From an uncultured Candidatus Rokubacteria bacterium (GTDB taxonomy: Bacteria > Methylomirabilota > Methylomirabilia > Rokubacteriales > DASRDR01): 64,000 nucleotides of DNA. Position 1 is the first letter of the stretch, and each line of letters begins with the position of its first letter. The notes under the pieces are model-generated. The model saw only the letters and a list, made by a program, of their open reading frames with translations. It did not search any database and was not told the origin of the DNA. The stretch covers positions 32,001-96,000 of the forward strand of contig CAVPSB010000022.1 of NCBI GenBank assembly GCA_963708025.1, read 5' to 3'. Position numbers and translations under genes: made by a program. Below are positions 41,542-56,625 of the stretch, one piece after another.

Positions 41542-42954
41542 CTAGCGCCACTGCGTGAAGATCGTCTTCATCCGGTTGATGGCCTCGTCGGCCGCCTTGT
41601 CGGCCGGCCACTTGTCCACGTTGGTCCGGGCCATCGCCTTGCCCCAGATGTTCTCGGCGTACACCTGCGAGTTGGCGGGGCTCTTCCAGTGGTCGAAGAC
41701 CTTGACGTTCCGCTCCAGGTAGAGCTTGGTCGCCAGCGGGATGTGGTAGTCCACGGGGCCGCCCTTGCCGGCCTGTCCCTTGGCGAAGAACGGGTCCTTG
41801 GCGACGTCGTTGAACGCCGGGAACCACCGCCCGTTGGCGCCCTTGATGTACTCGGCGAACCGGTTGGGCTCCAGCACGAACCGGATGAACTCCTTGCCCA
41901 TGTCGACGTTCTTGGCGTCCTTGGGGATGAGGATGGTCTTGACCGCGACCATGTAGCCGGCCTTGCCGCCGCCCGGGTTGTCCGGCCACTCCACCGTGGC
42001 CATCTTGTTGAAGTAGCTCTCCGGCCCGTTGAAGAACCAGTGGGCCGGGATGGAGAGCGACGGGTTCGGGGTCATGACGATCGACTTCGAGTGGAAGTTG
42101 GCGTTGTTGTCCCCGTCCGACCAGTTGATCGCGTCCGGGGGCACGTAGCCCGAGTTGTACATGTCGGCGAACCAGCCGAGGGTCTTGACGATCGCCTCGC
42201 GGTTCTTCGGCTGGTCGGCGATCACCTTGCCGTCCTGGTCCAGGAGCTGGCCGCCGTACGACAGGAGCGCCATCTCGAAGTTGTAGATCGTGTCGGAGCC
42301 CCGCGAGGACTCGGTCATGCCGATCCCGTAGAGCTTGCCGTACTTCGCCGGGTCCTTCTTCCGGAGCGCGTCCTGCGCCTTCTTCCAGTAGTCCCAGTAC
42401 TCGTCCCACTTGAGGGGGATCTTCTCCGGCTCGTCGGCCATGCCGACCTCCTTGAGGAGATCCCGCCAGTAGTGGATGTGCATGATCTGGGCTTCGATGG
42501 GCACCCCGTAGTAGGCCCGCTTCTTGGCCACGTTGTTGTAGCAGTACGCCACCTGGAGGAACTTCTCGTTGTACCGCGGCTTCAGCTCGTTGATGACGTC
42601 GGTGGTCTCGGCGAGCTTGTCGTTCCAGGCGTTGTTCGGCATCACTTCCCAGTCGTTGTAGAAGCAGAAGGCGACGTCGGGCACCCGGCGGGCCTGGATC
42701 GCCGCGATGATCTTCTTGAGCAGGTCCTCCTGGATGGTGAACGAGATGTCCACCTTCACGCCCTTGGCCTTCTCGAACTCCTGGGCGATCTTGATCATCG
42801 CCTCGTCTTCTTCCTTGTAGTAGCCGCGGTTCCACCAGACGACGACTGTCCGGGCCTGGGCCCGCGAGACCATGGGGAAGCCCAGCGTCCCGGAGAGCGC
42901 GCCGGCGCCGGCGGCCGCAGTCGTCTTGAGAAAGTCCCGGCGGGTGTGGCCCAT
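41542..42954 (-). CDS. Carbohydrate-type ABC substrate-binding protein, Tat signal
   Basis: TRRDFLK signal; family 1 solute-binding protein features. Confidence 0.92.
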   Translation of the reverse strand: MGHTRRDFLKTTAAAGAGALSGTLGFPMVSRAQARTVVVWWNRGYYKEEDEAMIKIAQEFEKAKGVKVDISFTIQEDLLKKIIAAIQARRVPDVAFCFYNDWEVMPNNAWNDKLAETTDVINELKPRYNEKFLQVAYCYNNVAKKRAYYGVPIEAQIMHIHYWRDLLKEVGMADEPEKIPLKWDEYWDYWKKAQDALRKKDPAKYGKLYGIGMTESSRGSDTIYNFEMALLSYGGQLLDQDGKVIADQPKNREAIVKTLGWFADMYNSGYVPPDAINWSDGDNNANFHSKSIVMTPNPSLSIPAHWFFNGPESYFNKMATVEWPDNPGGGKAGYMVAVKTILIPKDAKNVDMGKEFIRFVLEPNRFAEYIKGANGRWFPAFNDVAKDPFFAKGQAGKGGPVDYHIPLATKLYLERNVKVFDHWKSPANSQVYAENIWGKAMARTNVDKWPADKAADEAINRMKTIFTQWR

Positions 42955-43016
42955 CGTCGTCCTCCTGTAGGGGTTGGCGGAAGCTCCGTCCCGGTGAGCG
43001 AACGGCCTACGGGTGT

Positions 43017-43132
43017 TCTATACTCCAAACCCCCCGGGGGTCGCAATAGCCCTGCCGCTCGGGCGGGCGGCACCGGGGCCCGGAAAAATCGCACTTTGGC
43101 CCTTGACTCGGCCGGCGGAGTGCTCCTAAGAT
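43017..43132. promoter_or_regulatory. Divergent sigma70-like promoters
   Basis: Minus strand TTGCGA-N18-TATAGA (43017-43046); plus strand TTGACT-N18-TAAGAT (43103-43132). Confidence 0.55.
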
Positions 43133-43159
43133 AGCGCCACTCACCGTACCCGGAGGCCC

Positions 43160-43942
43160 GTGGTCATCCATATTCGCCTGCGCCGCCGTTGCGCCCGGCT
43201 GGGCGTCCTCGCCCTCGTCGCTCCCCTTCTCCTCACCGGCTGCTCGCTCTTCGGCAGCAAGCCCTCGACGCTGGCGCCGGCCGGCAAGCTCTACGAGGAC
43301 GGCGAGCGGGACCTCGATCGCCGCCGCTTCGATGCCGCCCGCGACAACCTGCGGAAGATCATCGAGCGCCATCCCGACTCGAACCTGGTCCCCCAGGCCC
43401 GCTTCCTGATCGGCGAGAGCTACTACCGAGATGAGGAGTACGAGAAGGCCGTCCGCGAGTTCGAGGCCTTCATGAGCCTCTATCCCGGCAACCCGATCGC
43501 CGACCTCGCCCAGTACCGCCTGGCCCGGAGTTACTTCGACAACATGCCGTCGGTCGAGCGCGACCAGGCGGTGACGGCGAAGGCGGTCGGCGAGTTCCAG
43601 AAGCTCATCAAGCAGTACCCCGAGAGCCGGTACGCGCCCGACGCGATCGGCAAGATCGAGGTGTGCCGCCTCCGCCTGGCGCAGAAGGAGCTGTGGGTCG
43701 CCGACTACTACGTGCGCCAGAACAACTGGCAGGCCGCCCTCCAGCGCTACGACATGATCCTCAAGGAGTACGGCCGCACGGCGGCCGCCCCCCAGGCGCT
43801 CCTTCAGAAGGCCGACGCGCTGCTCCGCCTCCAGCGCAGGGAGGAGGCCGAGATCACGCTCCGCCGGGTGGTGGAGGAGTTCCCCGACAGCGAGTGGGCG
43901 CGACGGGCCCGGCAGAGGCAAACCTCGCTCATTTCCCAATAG
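43160..43942 (+). CDS. bamD: Outer membrane protein assembly factor BamD
   Basis: Lipobox LTGC, TPR helices, RDQ motif, ELWVADYY, AALQRY. Confidence 0.9.
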   Translation: MVIHIRLRRRCARLGVLALVAPLLLTGCSLFGSKPSTLAPAGKLYEDGERDLDRRRFDAARDNLRKIIERHPDSNLVPQARFLIGESYYRDEEYEKAVREFEAFMSLYPGNPIADLAQYRLARSYFDNMPSVERDQAVTAKAVGEFQKLIKQYPESRYAPDAIGKIEVCRLRLAQKELWVADYYVRQNNWQAALQRYDMILKEYGRTAAAPQALLQKADALLRLQRREEAEITLRRVVEEFPDSEWARRARQRQTSLISQ

Positions 43943-43955
43943 GAGCCGACCTTCC

Positions 43956-44993
43956 ATGCACGACATCGTGGACCTGCGGTCCGACACCCTCACCACCCCG
44001 ACGCCCGAGATGCGGGCGGCCATGGCGTCCGCCGAGGTCGGCGACGACGTCTGGGAGGAAGACCCGACCGTCCAGCGGCTCGAGGCGCGGGCCGCCGAGC
44101 GGTTCGGGAAGGACGCGGGCCTGTTCGTGGCCTCCGGCACCATGGGCAACCAGGTGGCGATCCTTACCCACACCCAGCCCGGCCAGGAGGTCATCTGCGA
44201 CGTCGACGCGCACGTCATGAGCGCCGAGGTGGGCGGGATCGCGCGGCTGGCCCTCTGCCAGACCCGGCCGCTCCAGACCGAGCGGGGCCTGCCGAGCCCC
44301 GACCAGGTCCGGACCGCCATCCGCCCCCGGAACATCCACATCCCGGTCACCGGTCTCCTCGCCCTCGAGAACACCCACAACCGCCACAGCGGCGTCGCCT
44401 TCACCCCCGAGGAGGTCGGAGCCGTGGCCGCCGTCGCCCACCAGCACGGCGTGCCGGTCCACCTCGACGGGGCCCGCATCTTCAACGCCTGCGTCGCCCT
44501 CGGCCGCGACGCCCGCGAGTTCGGCGCGGTCGTGGACTCGGTGCAGTTCTGCCTCTCCAAGGGGCTGGGGGCACCGGTCGGCTCCCTCATCGTCGGCTCC
44601 CGGGAGTTCATCGCCGGGGCCCGGCGGGTGCGCAAGATGCTCGGGGGCGGGATGCGGCAGGTCGGCGTGCTGGCGGCGGCCGGGCTCCTGGCGCTGGACA
44701 AGGGCGTCGACCGGCTCGCCGACGACCACGCGAACGCCCGCCGGCTGGCGGAAGCCCTGGTCGGCCTCCGGCAGATCCGCCTCGACCTCGCGCGGGTCCA
44801 GACCAACATCGTGATCGTCCACGTCGATCGGCCGGGCGGCGTCGCCGAGCTGGTCGAGGGGTGCCGGGCCCGGAAGGTGAAGATCCACGCCATCGGCCCC
44901 ACGTCCATTCGCTTGTGCACGCACCGGGACGTGGACTCGGAGGACGTCGACCGCGCGATTGCCGCGATCCGCGAGATCGCGGCCGGCTGGTGA
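43956..44993 (+). CDS. ltaE: Low-specificity L-threonine aldolase
   Basis: DLRSDT, GDDVWEEDPT, SGTMGN, HLDGAR, CLSKGLGAPVG. Confidence 0.95.
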   Translation: MHDIVDLRSDTLTTPTPEMRAAMASAEVGDDVWEEDPTVQRLEARAAERFGKDAGLFVASGTMGNQVAILTHTQPGQEVICDVDAHVMSAEVGGIARLALCQTRPLQTERGLPSPDQVRTAIRPRNIHIPVTGLLALENTHNRHSGVAFTPEEVGAVAAVAHQHGVPVHLDGARIFNACVALGRDAREFGAVVDSVQFCLSKGLGAPVGSLIVGSREFIAGARRVRKMLGGGMRQVGVLAAAGLLALDKGVDRLADDHANARRLAEALVGLRQIRLDLARVQTNIVIVHVDRPGGVAELVEGCRARKVKIHAIGPTSIRLCTHRDVDSEDVDRAIAAIREIAAGW

Positions 44994-45002
44994 GGGACGG
45001 CC

Positions 45003-45977
<975 letters not shown>

Positions 45978-45998
45978 CGCCACACAAAGGACACTGCC

Positions 45999-46973
<975 letters not shown>

Positions 46974-47046
46974 CCGGCCGTGCCGATAACCGTCGCATCC
47001 CGTCGTCGTTCGGACGGCCTGGTCGACCTTTGGCGGTCGTCGCCGA

Positions 47047-47117
47047 TCCTCGGCGTACTCGGAGTACGCCTGCGAATGTCGGCGAACCCCTGCGTCGGTC
47101 GGACGGCCTTCGGCCTC
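47047..47117. repeat. Type B repeat
   Basis: GGCGTACTCGGAGTACGCCT..CCCTGCGTCGGTCGGACGGCCTTCGGCCT. Confidence 0.65.
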
Positions 47118-47153
47118 GGGGGCTGCTCGGTTCTTGGCCCGGCTCGTCCCCCA

Positions 47154-47963
47154 GTGCCCGATGTGGTCCGCAAGCCCGCGGTCGCCGGTAGCTTCTACCC
47201 GGGCGATGCGCAGGCGATCGACGCCGAGCTGACCCGACTCCTCCCCGCGCGGCCGGCGACCGCGGCCCGCGCCGTCGTCGTCCCCCACGCCGGCTGGATG
47301 TACTCGGGCACCGTCGCCGGCGAGACGTACGCCCACGTGACCGTGCCCCGGCTGGCCGTCCTGCTCGGTCCCAATCACACCGGCCTCGGACTCCCCGGCG
47401 CGTTGATGGGCGAGGGGGCGTGGCGCTATCCGGGCGCGACGGTGCCAGTGGCGCGGGAGCTGGCCGCGGCGCTGCTGGGGGCGACGGACGAGTTGGCCCC
47501 GGACTCGGCCGCCCACCTCCGCGAGCACGCCCTGGAGGTGCAGCTCCCCTTCCTGCATCGCCGACAGCCGGAGCTGGCGGTGGTGCCGATCACCCTCGGC
47601 CGCATCGACCCCCGCTTCTGCCGCGCGGTGGGCGAGGCGGTCGGCCGCGTCGTGGCCGGCTGGCCCGCCCCCGTGCTCGTCGTCGACTCGACCGACCTCA
47701 ACCACTACGAGCCCCAGGCCATCGGCCGCCGTAAGGACCGCCTCGCCATCGACGCCATCCTCGCCCTCGACCCGGAGCGACTGCGGGAGGCCGTCCGGGC
47801 GCACCAGATCTCGATGTGCGGCCTGGCGCCGACCCAGGCGCTCCTGTGGGCGGCGCCGGCCCTCGGGATCCGGTCCGCGCGGCTGGTGCGATACCAGACC
47901 TCCGGCGACGTCTCCGGCGACCTGGCGCGGGTCGTGGGCTACGCCGGCATCATCCTGGAGTAG
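47154..47963 (+). CDS. Memo-like AmmeMemoRadiSam system protein B
   Basis: RKPAVAGSFYP, PHAGWMYSG, GPNH, EHALEVQLPF, STDLNHY, SMCG, VVGY. Confidence 0.92.
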   Translation: MPDVVRKPAVAGSFYPGDAQAIDAELTRLLPARPATAARAVVVPHAGWMYSGTVAGETYAHVTVPRLAVLLGPNHTGLGLPGALMGEGAWRYPGATVPVARELAAALLGATDELAPDSAAHLREHALEVQLPFLHRRQPELAVVPITLGRIDPRFCRAVGEAVGRVVAGWPAPVLVVDSTDLNHYEPQAIGRRKDRLAIDAILALDPERLREAVRAHQISMCGLAPTQALLWAAPALGIRSARLVRYQTSGDVSGDLARVVGYAGIILE

Positions 47964-47967
47964 CCCG

Positions 47968-48066
47968 ATGCCGACGCTGATCGGCAGTCCGATCATCGCG
48001 TGGGTGACCTACCAGGTCCGCCGCGGGAAGCGACCGCAGCTCCCGGAGACGGACCGGCCGCGGTGA
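47968..48066 (+). CDS. Small ORF (32 aa) or gene remnant
   Basis: MPTLIGSPIIAWVTYQVRRGKRPQLPETDRPR; high GC3; TGA overlaps the GTG of the next gene. Confidence 0.4.
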   Translation: MPTLIGSPIIAWVTYQVRRGKRPQLPETDRPR

Positions 48067-48623
48067 GCACGACCATCGAGGCGCTGGCGGCCGAGGACGT
48101 CGCCCGGGACCGGGCGGCGCTGAGCGCGCTCCTGGTGGACGCCGTGGACGGCGGCGCGTCGATCGGGTTTCTCCCACCGCTCGGCGAGGGCGAAGCGGCG
48201 GCCTACTGGGACACGGTGGCCGCCACGCTCCGCGACGGCTCCCGCCTCCTGCTGGCCGCCCGGACGCCCGAGGGTGGCGTGGTCGGCAGCGTCCAGCTCG
48301 ACCTCGCCATGCGCGTCAACGCCCGCCACCGGGCCGAGGTGATGCGGCTCATGGTTCACCGGCGCGCCCGGCGCCACGGTCTCGGGCGCGCCCTGATGCT
48401 CGCGATCGAGGAGCACGCCCGCCGGCTGGGGCGCACCACGCTGGTCCTGGACACCCGGCAGGGCGACCCGTCCGAGCGCCTCTACCAGTCGCTCGGCTGG
48501 ACGCTGGCCGGGACGATCCCCCGCTACGCGCGGAGCGCCGACGGCACCCTCGACGCCACCGCCCTCTACTACCGCCTCCTGGACCCCTGTGAGACCCGTG
48601 AGGCAATCGCCGCGCCCGGGTAG
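48063..48623 (+). CDS. GNAT N-acetyltransferase
   Basis: DAVDGGASIGFLPP, HRAEV, VHRRARRHGLG, LVLDT, LY..LGW. Confidence 0.9.
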   Translation: MSTTIEALAAEDVARDRAALSALLVDAVDGGASIGFLPPLGEGEAAAYWDTVAATLRDGSRLLLAARTPEGGVVGSVQLDLAMRVNARHRAEVMRLMVHRRARRHGLGRALMLAIEEHARRLGRTTLVLDTRQGDPSERLYQSLGWTLAGTIPRYARSADGTLDATALYYRLLDPCETREAIAAPG

Positions 48624-48636
48624 CCTGGGAGTCGCG

Positions 48637-48714
48637 AGGTCCGACCCCCCTCCCCCCAGCCACAGGCCGAAGGCCATCGACGAATCGGGAGGGGACGGGG
48701 GTGGGGGAGGCCTC
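48637..48714 (+). repeat. Type A repeat variant with one module
   Basis: GTCCGACCCCCCTCCCCCCAG-[CCACAGGCCGAAGGCCATCGA]-CGAATCGGGAGGGGACGGGGGTGGGGGAGG. Confidence 0.75.
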
Positions 48715-48716
48715 GA

Positions 48717-50660
<1,944 letters not shown>

Positions 50661-50691
50661 GGGGCCGAAAACCCCGCAAACCCCGCCAAAA

Positions 50692-50721
50692 TTGACACGT
50701 TTGGGGGGGCCGGGCTATCAT
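50692..50721 (+). promoter_or_regulatory. Sigma70 promoter of alaC-hom-thrC
   Basis: TTGACA-N18-TATCAT. Confidence 0.65.
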
Positions 50722-50789
50722 CGGGGCGTTCCCCGCAGCGTGCCCGCACCCCCCGCGCCCCGAGCCAGGAGGAGAGGGAGGCCGGCCTC

Positions 50790-51959
50790 GTGGAAGAATA
50801 CTACCGGATCAAGCGGCTCCCCCCCTACGTCTTCGCCATCGTCACCGACCTCAAAGTCAAGGCGCGGGCCCGGGGCGAGGACATCGTCGATCTCGGGATG
50901 GGCAACCCCGACCTGCCCACGCCGCCCCACATCGTCGAGAAGATGGTGGAGGCGACGCGGAACCCGAAGAACCACCGCTACTCGGCCTCAAAGGGCATCC
51001 GGCGGCTCCGGGTGGCGATCGCCGGCTGGTACCGGAACCGCTTCGGCGTGGAGCTGGACCCCGAGAGCGAGGCGGTGGCGACGATCGGCTCCAAGGAGGG
51101 CCTGGCCCATCTGGTCCTCGCCCTGCTCCAGCCCGGCGACGCGGTGCTGGTGCCGAACCCGGCCTACCCCATCCACGCCTACTCGGTCGTCATCTCGGAC
51201 GGCGACCTCCGCTCGGTGCCACTCGTCCCCGGCGAGGACTTCTTCGCGCGGCTGCAGGAGGCCGTACGACTCGCCTGGCCGAAGCCGAAGGGCCTGCTCA
51301 TCAACTTCCCGCACAACCCGACGACCCAGGTCACCGACCCCGCGTTCTTCGAGCGGGTGGTAGCCTTCGCCCGCGAGCATCACTTGTGGGTCATCCACGA
51401 CTTCACCTACGCGGATCTCACCTTCGACGGCTACCGGCCGCCCTCGTTCCTGGCGACTCCCGGCGCCCGGGACGTCGGCGTCGAGTTCTTCTCGATGACC
51501 AAGTCGTACAACATGGCCGGCTGGCGGCTCGGCTTCGCGTGCGGGAACGCCCGGATGATCCACGCGCTGGCCCGGCTCAAGTCCTATCTCGACTACGGCG
51601 TGTTCCAGCCCATCCAGATCGCCGGCATCGTGGCGCTGGAAGGGCCCCAGGCGTGCGTGGCCGAGACGGTCGAGGCCTACCGCAAGCGGCGTGACGTGCT
51701 GGTGAACGGGCTCGGCCGCATCGGCTGGAAAGTGGAGAAGCCCCGGGCCACCATGTTCGTGTGGGCGCCGATCCCGGACGCCTATCGCGGCATGGGCTCG
51801 CTGGAGTTCGCCAAGCTCCTCCTCGCCGAGGCGAAGGTCGCCGTCTCCCCCGGTATCGGCTTCGGCGAGTACGGTGAGGGGTTCGTGCGCTTCGCCCTCG
51901 TCGAGAACGAGCACCGGATCCGGCAGGCGGTCCGGGGCATCAAGAAAGTCCTGGGCTAG
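50790..51959 (+). CDS. alaC: Class I/II PLP aminotransferase (AlaC-like)
   Basis: [52 protein letters not shown]. Confidence 0.88.
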   Translation: MEEYYRIKRLPPYVFAIVTDLKVKARARGEDIVDLGMGNPDLPTPPHIVEKMVEATRNPKNHRYSASKGIRRLRVAIAGWYRNRFGVELDPESEAVATIGSKEGLAHLVLALLQPGDAVLVPNPAYPIHAYSVVISDGDLRSVPLVPGEDFFARLQEAVRLAWPKPKGLLINFPHNPTTQVTDPAFFERVVAFAREHHLWVIHDFTYADLTFDGYRPPSFLATPGARDVGVEFFSMTKSYNMAGWRLGFACGNARMIHALARLKSYLDYGVFQPIQIAGIVALEGPQACVAETVEAYRKRRDVLVNGLGRIGWKVEKPRATMFVWAPIPDAYRGMGSLEFAKLLLAEAKVAVSPGIGFGEYGEGFVRFALVENEHRIRQAVRGIKKVLG

Positions 51960-51983
51960 GGCCGCGTGGCGGCAGGTACCCCC

Positions 51984-53285
51984 ATGAACGAGATCGGCAT
52001 CGGGCTGCTCGGCATCGGCACCGTCGGCGGCGGCGTCCTCAAGATCCACCGGCAGAACCAGGCCGGCCTGGAGGCCAAGGCCGGCTGCCGGCTCCGGATC
52101 GCGGCGGTCGCCGACCGCGACGTCACCACGCCCCGCGCCGGCCTCACCCTCGCCGACTGGCCGCTCACGACCGACGTCGAGCGGGTCCTCGGCGATCCGG
52201 CCGTCTCGGTCGTCATCGAGCTGATCGGTGGCCTGGAGCCCGCCCGGACGTTCATCCTGCGCGCCATCGCCGCCGGCAAGCACGTGGTGACCGCCAACAA
52301 GGCGCTGGTCGCGACCCACGGGCTCGAGCTGTTCGAGGCGGCGCGCCGCCGGGGCGTGCTGCTCGGCTTCGAGGCGGCGGTGGCCGGCGGGGTGCCGATC
52401 ATCCGCGCGCTGCGCGACGGGCTGGCCGCCAACCGGATCCTCTCGCTCTACGGCATCGTCAACGGCACCTCGAACTACATCCTCACCCGGATGACCGAGG
52501 AGGGGCGCGAGTTCAAGGACGCCCTGGCCGAGGCCCAGGCCGCCGGCTACGCGGAAGCCGATCCGACCCTCGACATCGAGGGGATCGACTCGGCCCACAA
52601 GCTCCAGATCCTCGCCTCGCTCGCCTTCCGGACGCCCGTCGACCTGAAGGAGATCCACACCGAGGGCATCACCCGGGTCAGCTCGGAGGAGATCGCCAAC
52701 GCGCGCGAACTGGGCTACCGGATCAAGCTCCTCGCCATCGCCAAGGCCGGCGACGATGGGCTGGAGGCCCGGGTACACCCGACGATGATCCCGGCCGCTT
52801 CCCCACTGTCGGCCGTCTCCGGCGTCTTCAACGCGATCTTCGTGTCGGGCGACGCCGTCGGTGACCAGATGTTCTATGGCCGGGGGGCGGGCCAGATGCC
52901 GACGGCCTCCGCCGTTTGGTCCGACGCGATCGAGATCGCGCGCCGGCTGGCCCACGGCCACGGCGCCCTGCCCGAGGATCTGCCGCTCCTGACCGCCGGG
53001 GGCCCCCGGCTCAAGCCGATGGAGGAGATCCGCTCGGCCTACTACCTCCGGGTCATGGCCCGGGACCGCCCCGGGGTCCTCTCCCAGGTGACCGGCGTCC
53101 TCGGACGCCACGACATCTCGATCGCGTCGGTCATCCAGAAGGAACGCCACCACGTGGACGCGGTGCCGGTCGTCTTGATGAGCCACGAGGCGGTGGAGCG
53201 GAACATGCGGGCCGCCCTGGAGGAGATCGATCGCCTGCCGGTCGTGGCCGGGCGCACGGTGATGCTCCGGGTGGAGGCGCAGTAG
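51984..53285 (+). CDS. hom: Homoserine dehydrogenase with ACT domain
   Basis: [39 protein letters not shown]. Confidence 0.96.
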   Translation: MNEIGIGLLGIGTVGGGVLKIHRQNQAGLEAKAGCRLRIAAVADRDVTTPRAGLTLADWPLTTDVERVLGDPAVSVVIELIGGLEPARTFILRAIAAGKHVVTANKALVATHGLELFEAARRRGVLLGFEAAVAGGVPIIRALRDGLAANRILSLYGIVNGTSNYILTRMTEEGREFKDALAEAQAAGYAEADPTLDIEGIDSAHKLQILASLAFRTPVDLKEIHTEGITRVSSEEIANARELGYRIKLLAIAKAGDDGLEARVHPTMIPAASPLSAVSGVFNAIFVSGDAVGDQMFYGRGAGQMPTASAVWSDAIEIARRLAHGHGALPEDLPLLTAGGPRLKPMEEIRSAYYLRVMARDRPGVLSQVTGVLGRHDISIASVIQKERHHVDAVPVVLMSHEAVERNMRAALEEIDRLPVVAGRTVMLRVEAQ

Positions 53286-53293
53286 GCCCCCCG

Positions 53294-54349
53294 ATGTTCT
53301 GGCCCGGCGTCGTCGAGCAGTATCGCCGCTTCCTGCCCGTCGGCGAGCACACGCCCGTCGTCACGCTCCAGGAGGGGAACACCCCGCTCCTCGAGGCCCC
53401 GCGACTGGCCGAGGCGGCCGGCGGCGGGCTCCGCGTCTACCTCAAGTGCGAGGGGTTCAACCCGACCGGGTCGTTCAAGGACCGGGGCATGACCCTCGCC
53501 GTCTCGAAGGCCGTCGAGGCGGGGACGCGGGCCGTGATCTGTGCCTCCACCGGCAACACCTCGGCCTCCGCCGCCGCCTACGCGGCCCGCGCCGGGCTGC
53601 GGGCCTTCGTCGTCATCCCCAAGGGGGCCGTGGCCCTCGGCAAGCTCTCCCAGGCGCTGATCCACGGCGCCACCGTCATCATGGTGGAGGGCTCGTTCGA
53701 CCAGGCCCTGGCCGTCGTGCGGGAGATCGCGGCCGCGCATCCGGTCACGCTCGTCAACCACCTCAACCCTCACCGCATCGAGGGCCAGAAGACGGGGGCC
53801 TTCGAGGTCGTGGACCAGCTCGGCCGGGCGCCGGACTACCACCTGATCCCCGTCGGCAACGCCGGCAACATCACCGCCTACTGGAAGGGCTACAAGGAGT
53901 ACTGCGGGGCCGGGTTCGCCAAGACGCTCCCCCGCATGGCCGGCTTCCAGGCCGCCGGCGCCGCCCCGCTCGTCGAGAACCGGGTGATCCCCGAGCCCCG
54001 GACCGTCGCCACCGCCATCCGGATCGGCAACCCGGCGTCCTGGCAGGCCGCGGTCCAGGCCATCCGCGAGTCGGAAGGGTGGGTCGAGGCCGTCACCGAC
54101 GAGGAGATCCTCCACGCCTACCGCCTGCTCGCCCGCGAGGAGGGCATCTTCATGGAGCCGGCCTCCGCCGCCGCGGTGGCCGGGCTCCTCAAGTCCGCCA
54201 AGGCGGGCCGCTTCGAGAGCGGCGCCACCTGCGTGCTGACGCTCACCGGCCACGGCCTGAAGGACCCCGAGTCCGCCCTCGGCGCCGCCACCCGGCCCGT
54301 CACCGTGGCCCCCCGTCTCGACGCCGTCCTGGGAGCGATGAGCCTCTAG
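53294..54349 (+). CDS. thrC: Threonine synthase
   Basis: [33 protein letters not shown]. Confidence 0.96.
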   Translation: MFWPGVVEQYRRFLPVGEHTPVVTLQEGNTPLLEAPRLAEAAGGGLRVYLKCEGFNPTGSFKDRGMTLAVSKAVEAGTRAVICASTGNTSASAAAYAARAGLRAFVVIPKGAVALGKLSQALIHGATVIMVEGSFDQALAVVREIAAAHPVTLVNHLNPHRIEGQKTGAFEVVDQLGRAPDYHLIPVGNAGNITAYWKGYKEYCGAGFAKTLPRMAGFQAAGAAPLVENRVIPEPRTVATAIRIGNPASWQAAVQAIRESEGWVEAVTDEEILHAYRLLAREEGIFMEPASAAAVAGLLKSAKAGRFESGATCVLTLTGHGLKDPESALGAATRPVTVAPRLDAVLGAMSL

Positions 54350-54377
54350 TTCCGGATCAGGAAACCCGCGCCGGTCT

Positions 54378-54416
54378 CTTACCCTCTCCCCTGGGGGCGA
54401 GGGTAGGGTGAGGGGG
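54378..54416 (-). repeat. Type D REP-like palindrome downstream of thrC
   Basis: Minus strand CCCCCTCACCCTACCCTCGCCCCCAGGGGGAGAGGGTAAG. Confidence 0.7.
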
Positions 54417-54455
54417 CGATCGACTGGCCCCATCCTTGACGTAGCGTCGCAGGGC

Positions 54456-54795
54456 TCAGCGGGCCCCCCTCTGACAGGCCTCCAGGCCGTGAAGCGTCGC
54501 CGCCGACGTCCGTCTAAGCGGACAGGCGGCGGCGGGCCACGCATCAACCAACGCCGGGAGCTCCTCCCTCCCCGGAGTGCGTCGCCCGCCGCCGCCGTCT
54601 GCTGCCCTCCCGCCGGCTCGCCGAACCGACCAGCCATTTCCCGGCAGCAGGACATAGCGCTCCGCGTCGCCGCCGGCATCCGATGGAAATGGGACGGGGA
54701 CGCTTGCCGACAGCACTGCTCAGTGTATGCTCGAAGCTCTTCCTGTCGTCCGAGTTCACCGTCCGTCGCGGAGCGTCTATCACCAAGGTCGTCAC
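54456..54795 (-). pseudogene. Degenerate or hypothetical small gene
   Basis: GAGGTG RBS 8 nt before GTG 54795 (MTTLVIDAP...); two overlapping short frames; no recognisable family. Confidence 0.25.
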
Positions 54796-55284
54796 GGTAT
54801 CGTCACCTCAGGAAACGTGAGCCTTCACAATACGGGATCGCGTTCCGCCAGCGAACGCGCGCCGTCAGCGGCGCGGATCTGCCGCAGTCACTGGAAAGCG
54901 TTGTTCGGCGGTGGAGAGACATTCGCTTATGGCGAGGATGCCAAGCCTCGGAACTGTTTCATCACGCGCGCCAGTTGCACGCCTGATCCCGCGCGTCGGA
55001 GAACGCCAACGGCACGCTGCGGGTCAGCCGCTGCAACATGGGTTCAGGCAGCAACCTCCACGGTTGCGTAATGACCTGTCGTGACGTCTTTCCCGGTACT
55101 ACAGTCCGCTGGCGTGGGCGCGGAGGTCGAACACCGTCCGCTCGCATCCCGCGGAGATGGAGTCGGATTGCCACTTGAATGCGCCGGAGGGTTGAATCGA
55201 GCGTGACAGTGAGACGCCCCTTCCGGGGCGTCCCCGGAGTGCGACGGTCGCCGCCACCGACGCTCACCGGCCCGCCGCGGGCGG

Positions 55285-55313
55285 TTGAACCGGCCGGACC
55301 CGTGGAGTAGCAT
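55285..55313 (+). promoter_or_regulatory. Sigma70-like promoter immediately before lysC
   Basis: TTGAAC-N17-TAGCAT. Confidence 0.5.
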
Positions 55314-55323
55314 GGCCAGCGCC

Positions 55324-56622
55324 ATGGGCCTCTACGTGCAGAAGTACGGCGGCTCGTCGGTCGCCGACGCGGAGAAGATCAGGGGCGTGGCCCGCCGCGT
55401 GGTGGAGACGGCCAAGGCGGGCCGGCACGTCGTGGTGGTTGTCTCGGCGATGGGCAAGACCACCGACGGGCTGATCCGGCTCGCTCACGAGATCACCCCG
55501 AGCCCGAGCGAGCGCGAGATGGACAGGCTGCTGGCCACCGGCGAGCAGGTGTCGAGCGCGCTCCTGGCCATGGCGATCGAGGCGCTCGGCCACCCCGCCC
55601 GCTCCTTCACCGGCGACCAGGCCGGGATCCGGACGGACGACGCCCACACCCGGGCCCGCATCGTGGGGATCGACGCCGACAAGGTCCGGCGCGCGCTCGA
55701 CGACGGTCAGATCGCGATCGTCGCCGGCTTCCAGGGCGTGACGGGCGAGGACGACGTCACCACCCTCGGCCGCGGCGGCTCCGACCTCACCGCGGTGGCC
55801 CTGGCCGCCGCCCTCCGGGCCGACGTCTGCGAGATCTACACCGATGTCGACGGCGTCTACACCGCCGACCCGAACATCGTGCCCGAGGCGCGGAAGCTCG
55901 GCCGGGTCTCCTACGACGAGATGCTGGAGATGGCGAGCCTGGGCGCCAGGGTGCTGCAGTCGCGCTCGGTCGAGTTCGCCAAGAAGTACGGCGTCCCGGT
56001 CCACGTCCGCTCGACGTTCAAGGCCGACCCGGGGACGCTGGTGACCATGGAGGACCGGAACATGGAAGCGGTGGTCGTGACCGGCGTCACGCACGATCGC
56101 GGGCAGGCCAAGGTGTCGATCCTGCGGGTGCCGGACCGCCCGGGCATCGCCGCCCAGGTCTTCGGCGCCGTCGCCGACCACGGGATCGTCGTGGACATGA
56201 TCGTCCAGAACATCAGCCGCGACGGCTATACGGACATCTCCTTCACACTGCCCCGCACCGACCGCGAGAAGGCCGTGGCCGTCCTGTCCGACGTGGCGCG
56301 CCGCATCGGCGCCGAGGGCGTGGCGCACGACGACCGGATCGCCAAGGTCTCGATCGTCGGGGTGGGCATGCGGAGCCACTCCGGGGTCGCCGCCCGGATG
56401 TTCCAGACGCTGTCCGGCGAGGGCATCAACATCCAGATGATCTCGACGTCCGAGATCGCGGTGTCGTGCGTGATCGAGGACAAGTACACCGAGCTGGCCG
56501 TCCGCGCCCTCCACGACGCCTTCGAGCTGGGGACCGACCCGGCGCTCAGTGGCCGGCGGCCCAGGCCATCGGCGCCAGGAACAGGAGCGGCGCGCCGCCG
56601 ACCTGGCCGAGCGCGCGCCTGA
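55324..56622 (+). CDS. lysC: Aspartate kinase
   Basis: [34 protein letters not shown], two ACT domains, ISTSEI. Confidence 0.96.
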   Translation: MGLYVQKYGGSSVADAEKIRGVARRVVETAKAGRHVVVVVSAMGKTTDGLIRLAHEITPSPSEREMDRLLATGEQVSSALLAMAIEALGHPARSFTGDQAGIRTDDAHTRARIVGIDADKVRRALDDGQIAIVAGFQGVTGEDDVTTLGRGGSDLTAVALAAALRADVCEIYTDVDGVYTADPNIVPEARKLGRVSYDEMLEMASLGARVLQSRSVEFAKKYGVPVHVRSTFKADPGTLVTMEDRNMEAVVVTGVTHDRGQAKVSILRVPDRPGIAAQVFGAVADHGIVVDMIVQNISRDGYTDISFTLPRTDREKAVAVLSDVARRIGAEGVAHDDRIAKVSIVGVGMRSHSGVAARMFQTLSGEGINIQMISTSEIAVSCVIEDKYTELAVRALHDAFELGTDPALSGRRPRPSAPGTGAARRRPGRARA

Positions 56623-56625
56623 ATC

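Noticed and set aside
54800-55320. Lysine riboswitch upstream of lysC
   Set aside because: No recognisable L-box consensus was seen, and a candidate promoter sits only about 10 nt before the start codon. An Rfam scan would be needed to exclude it fully.
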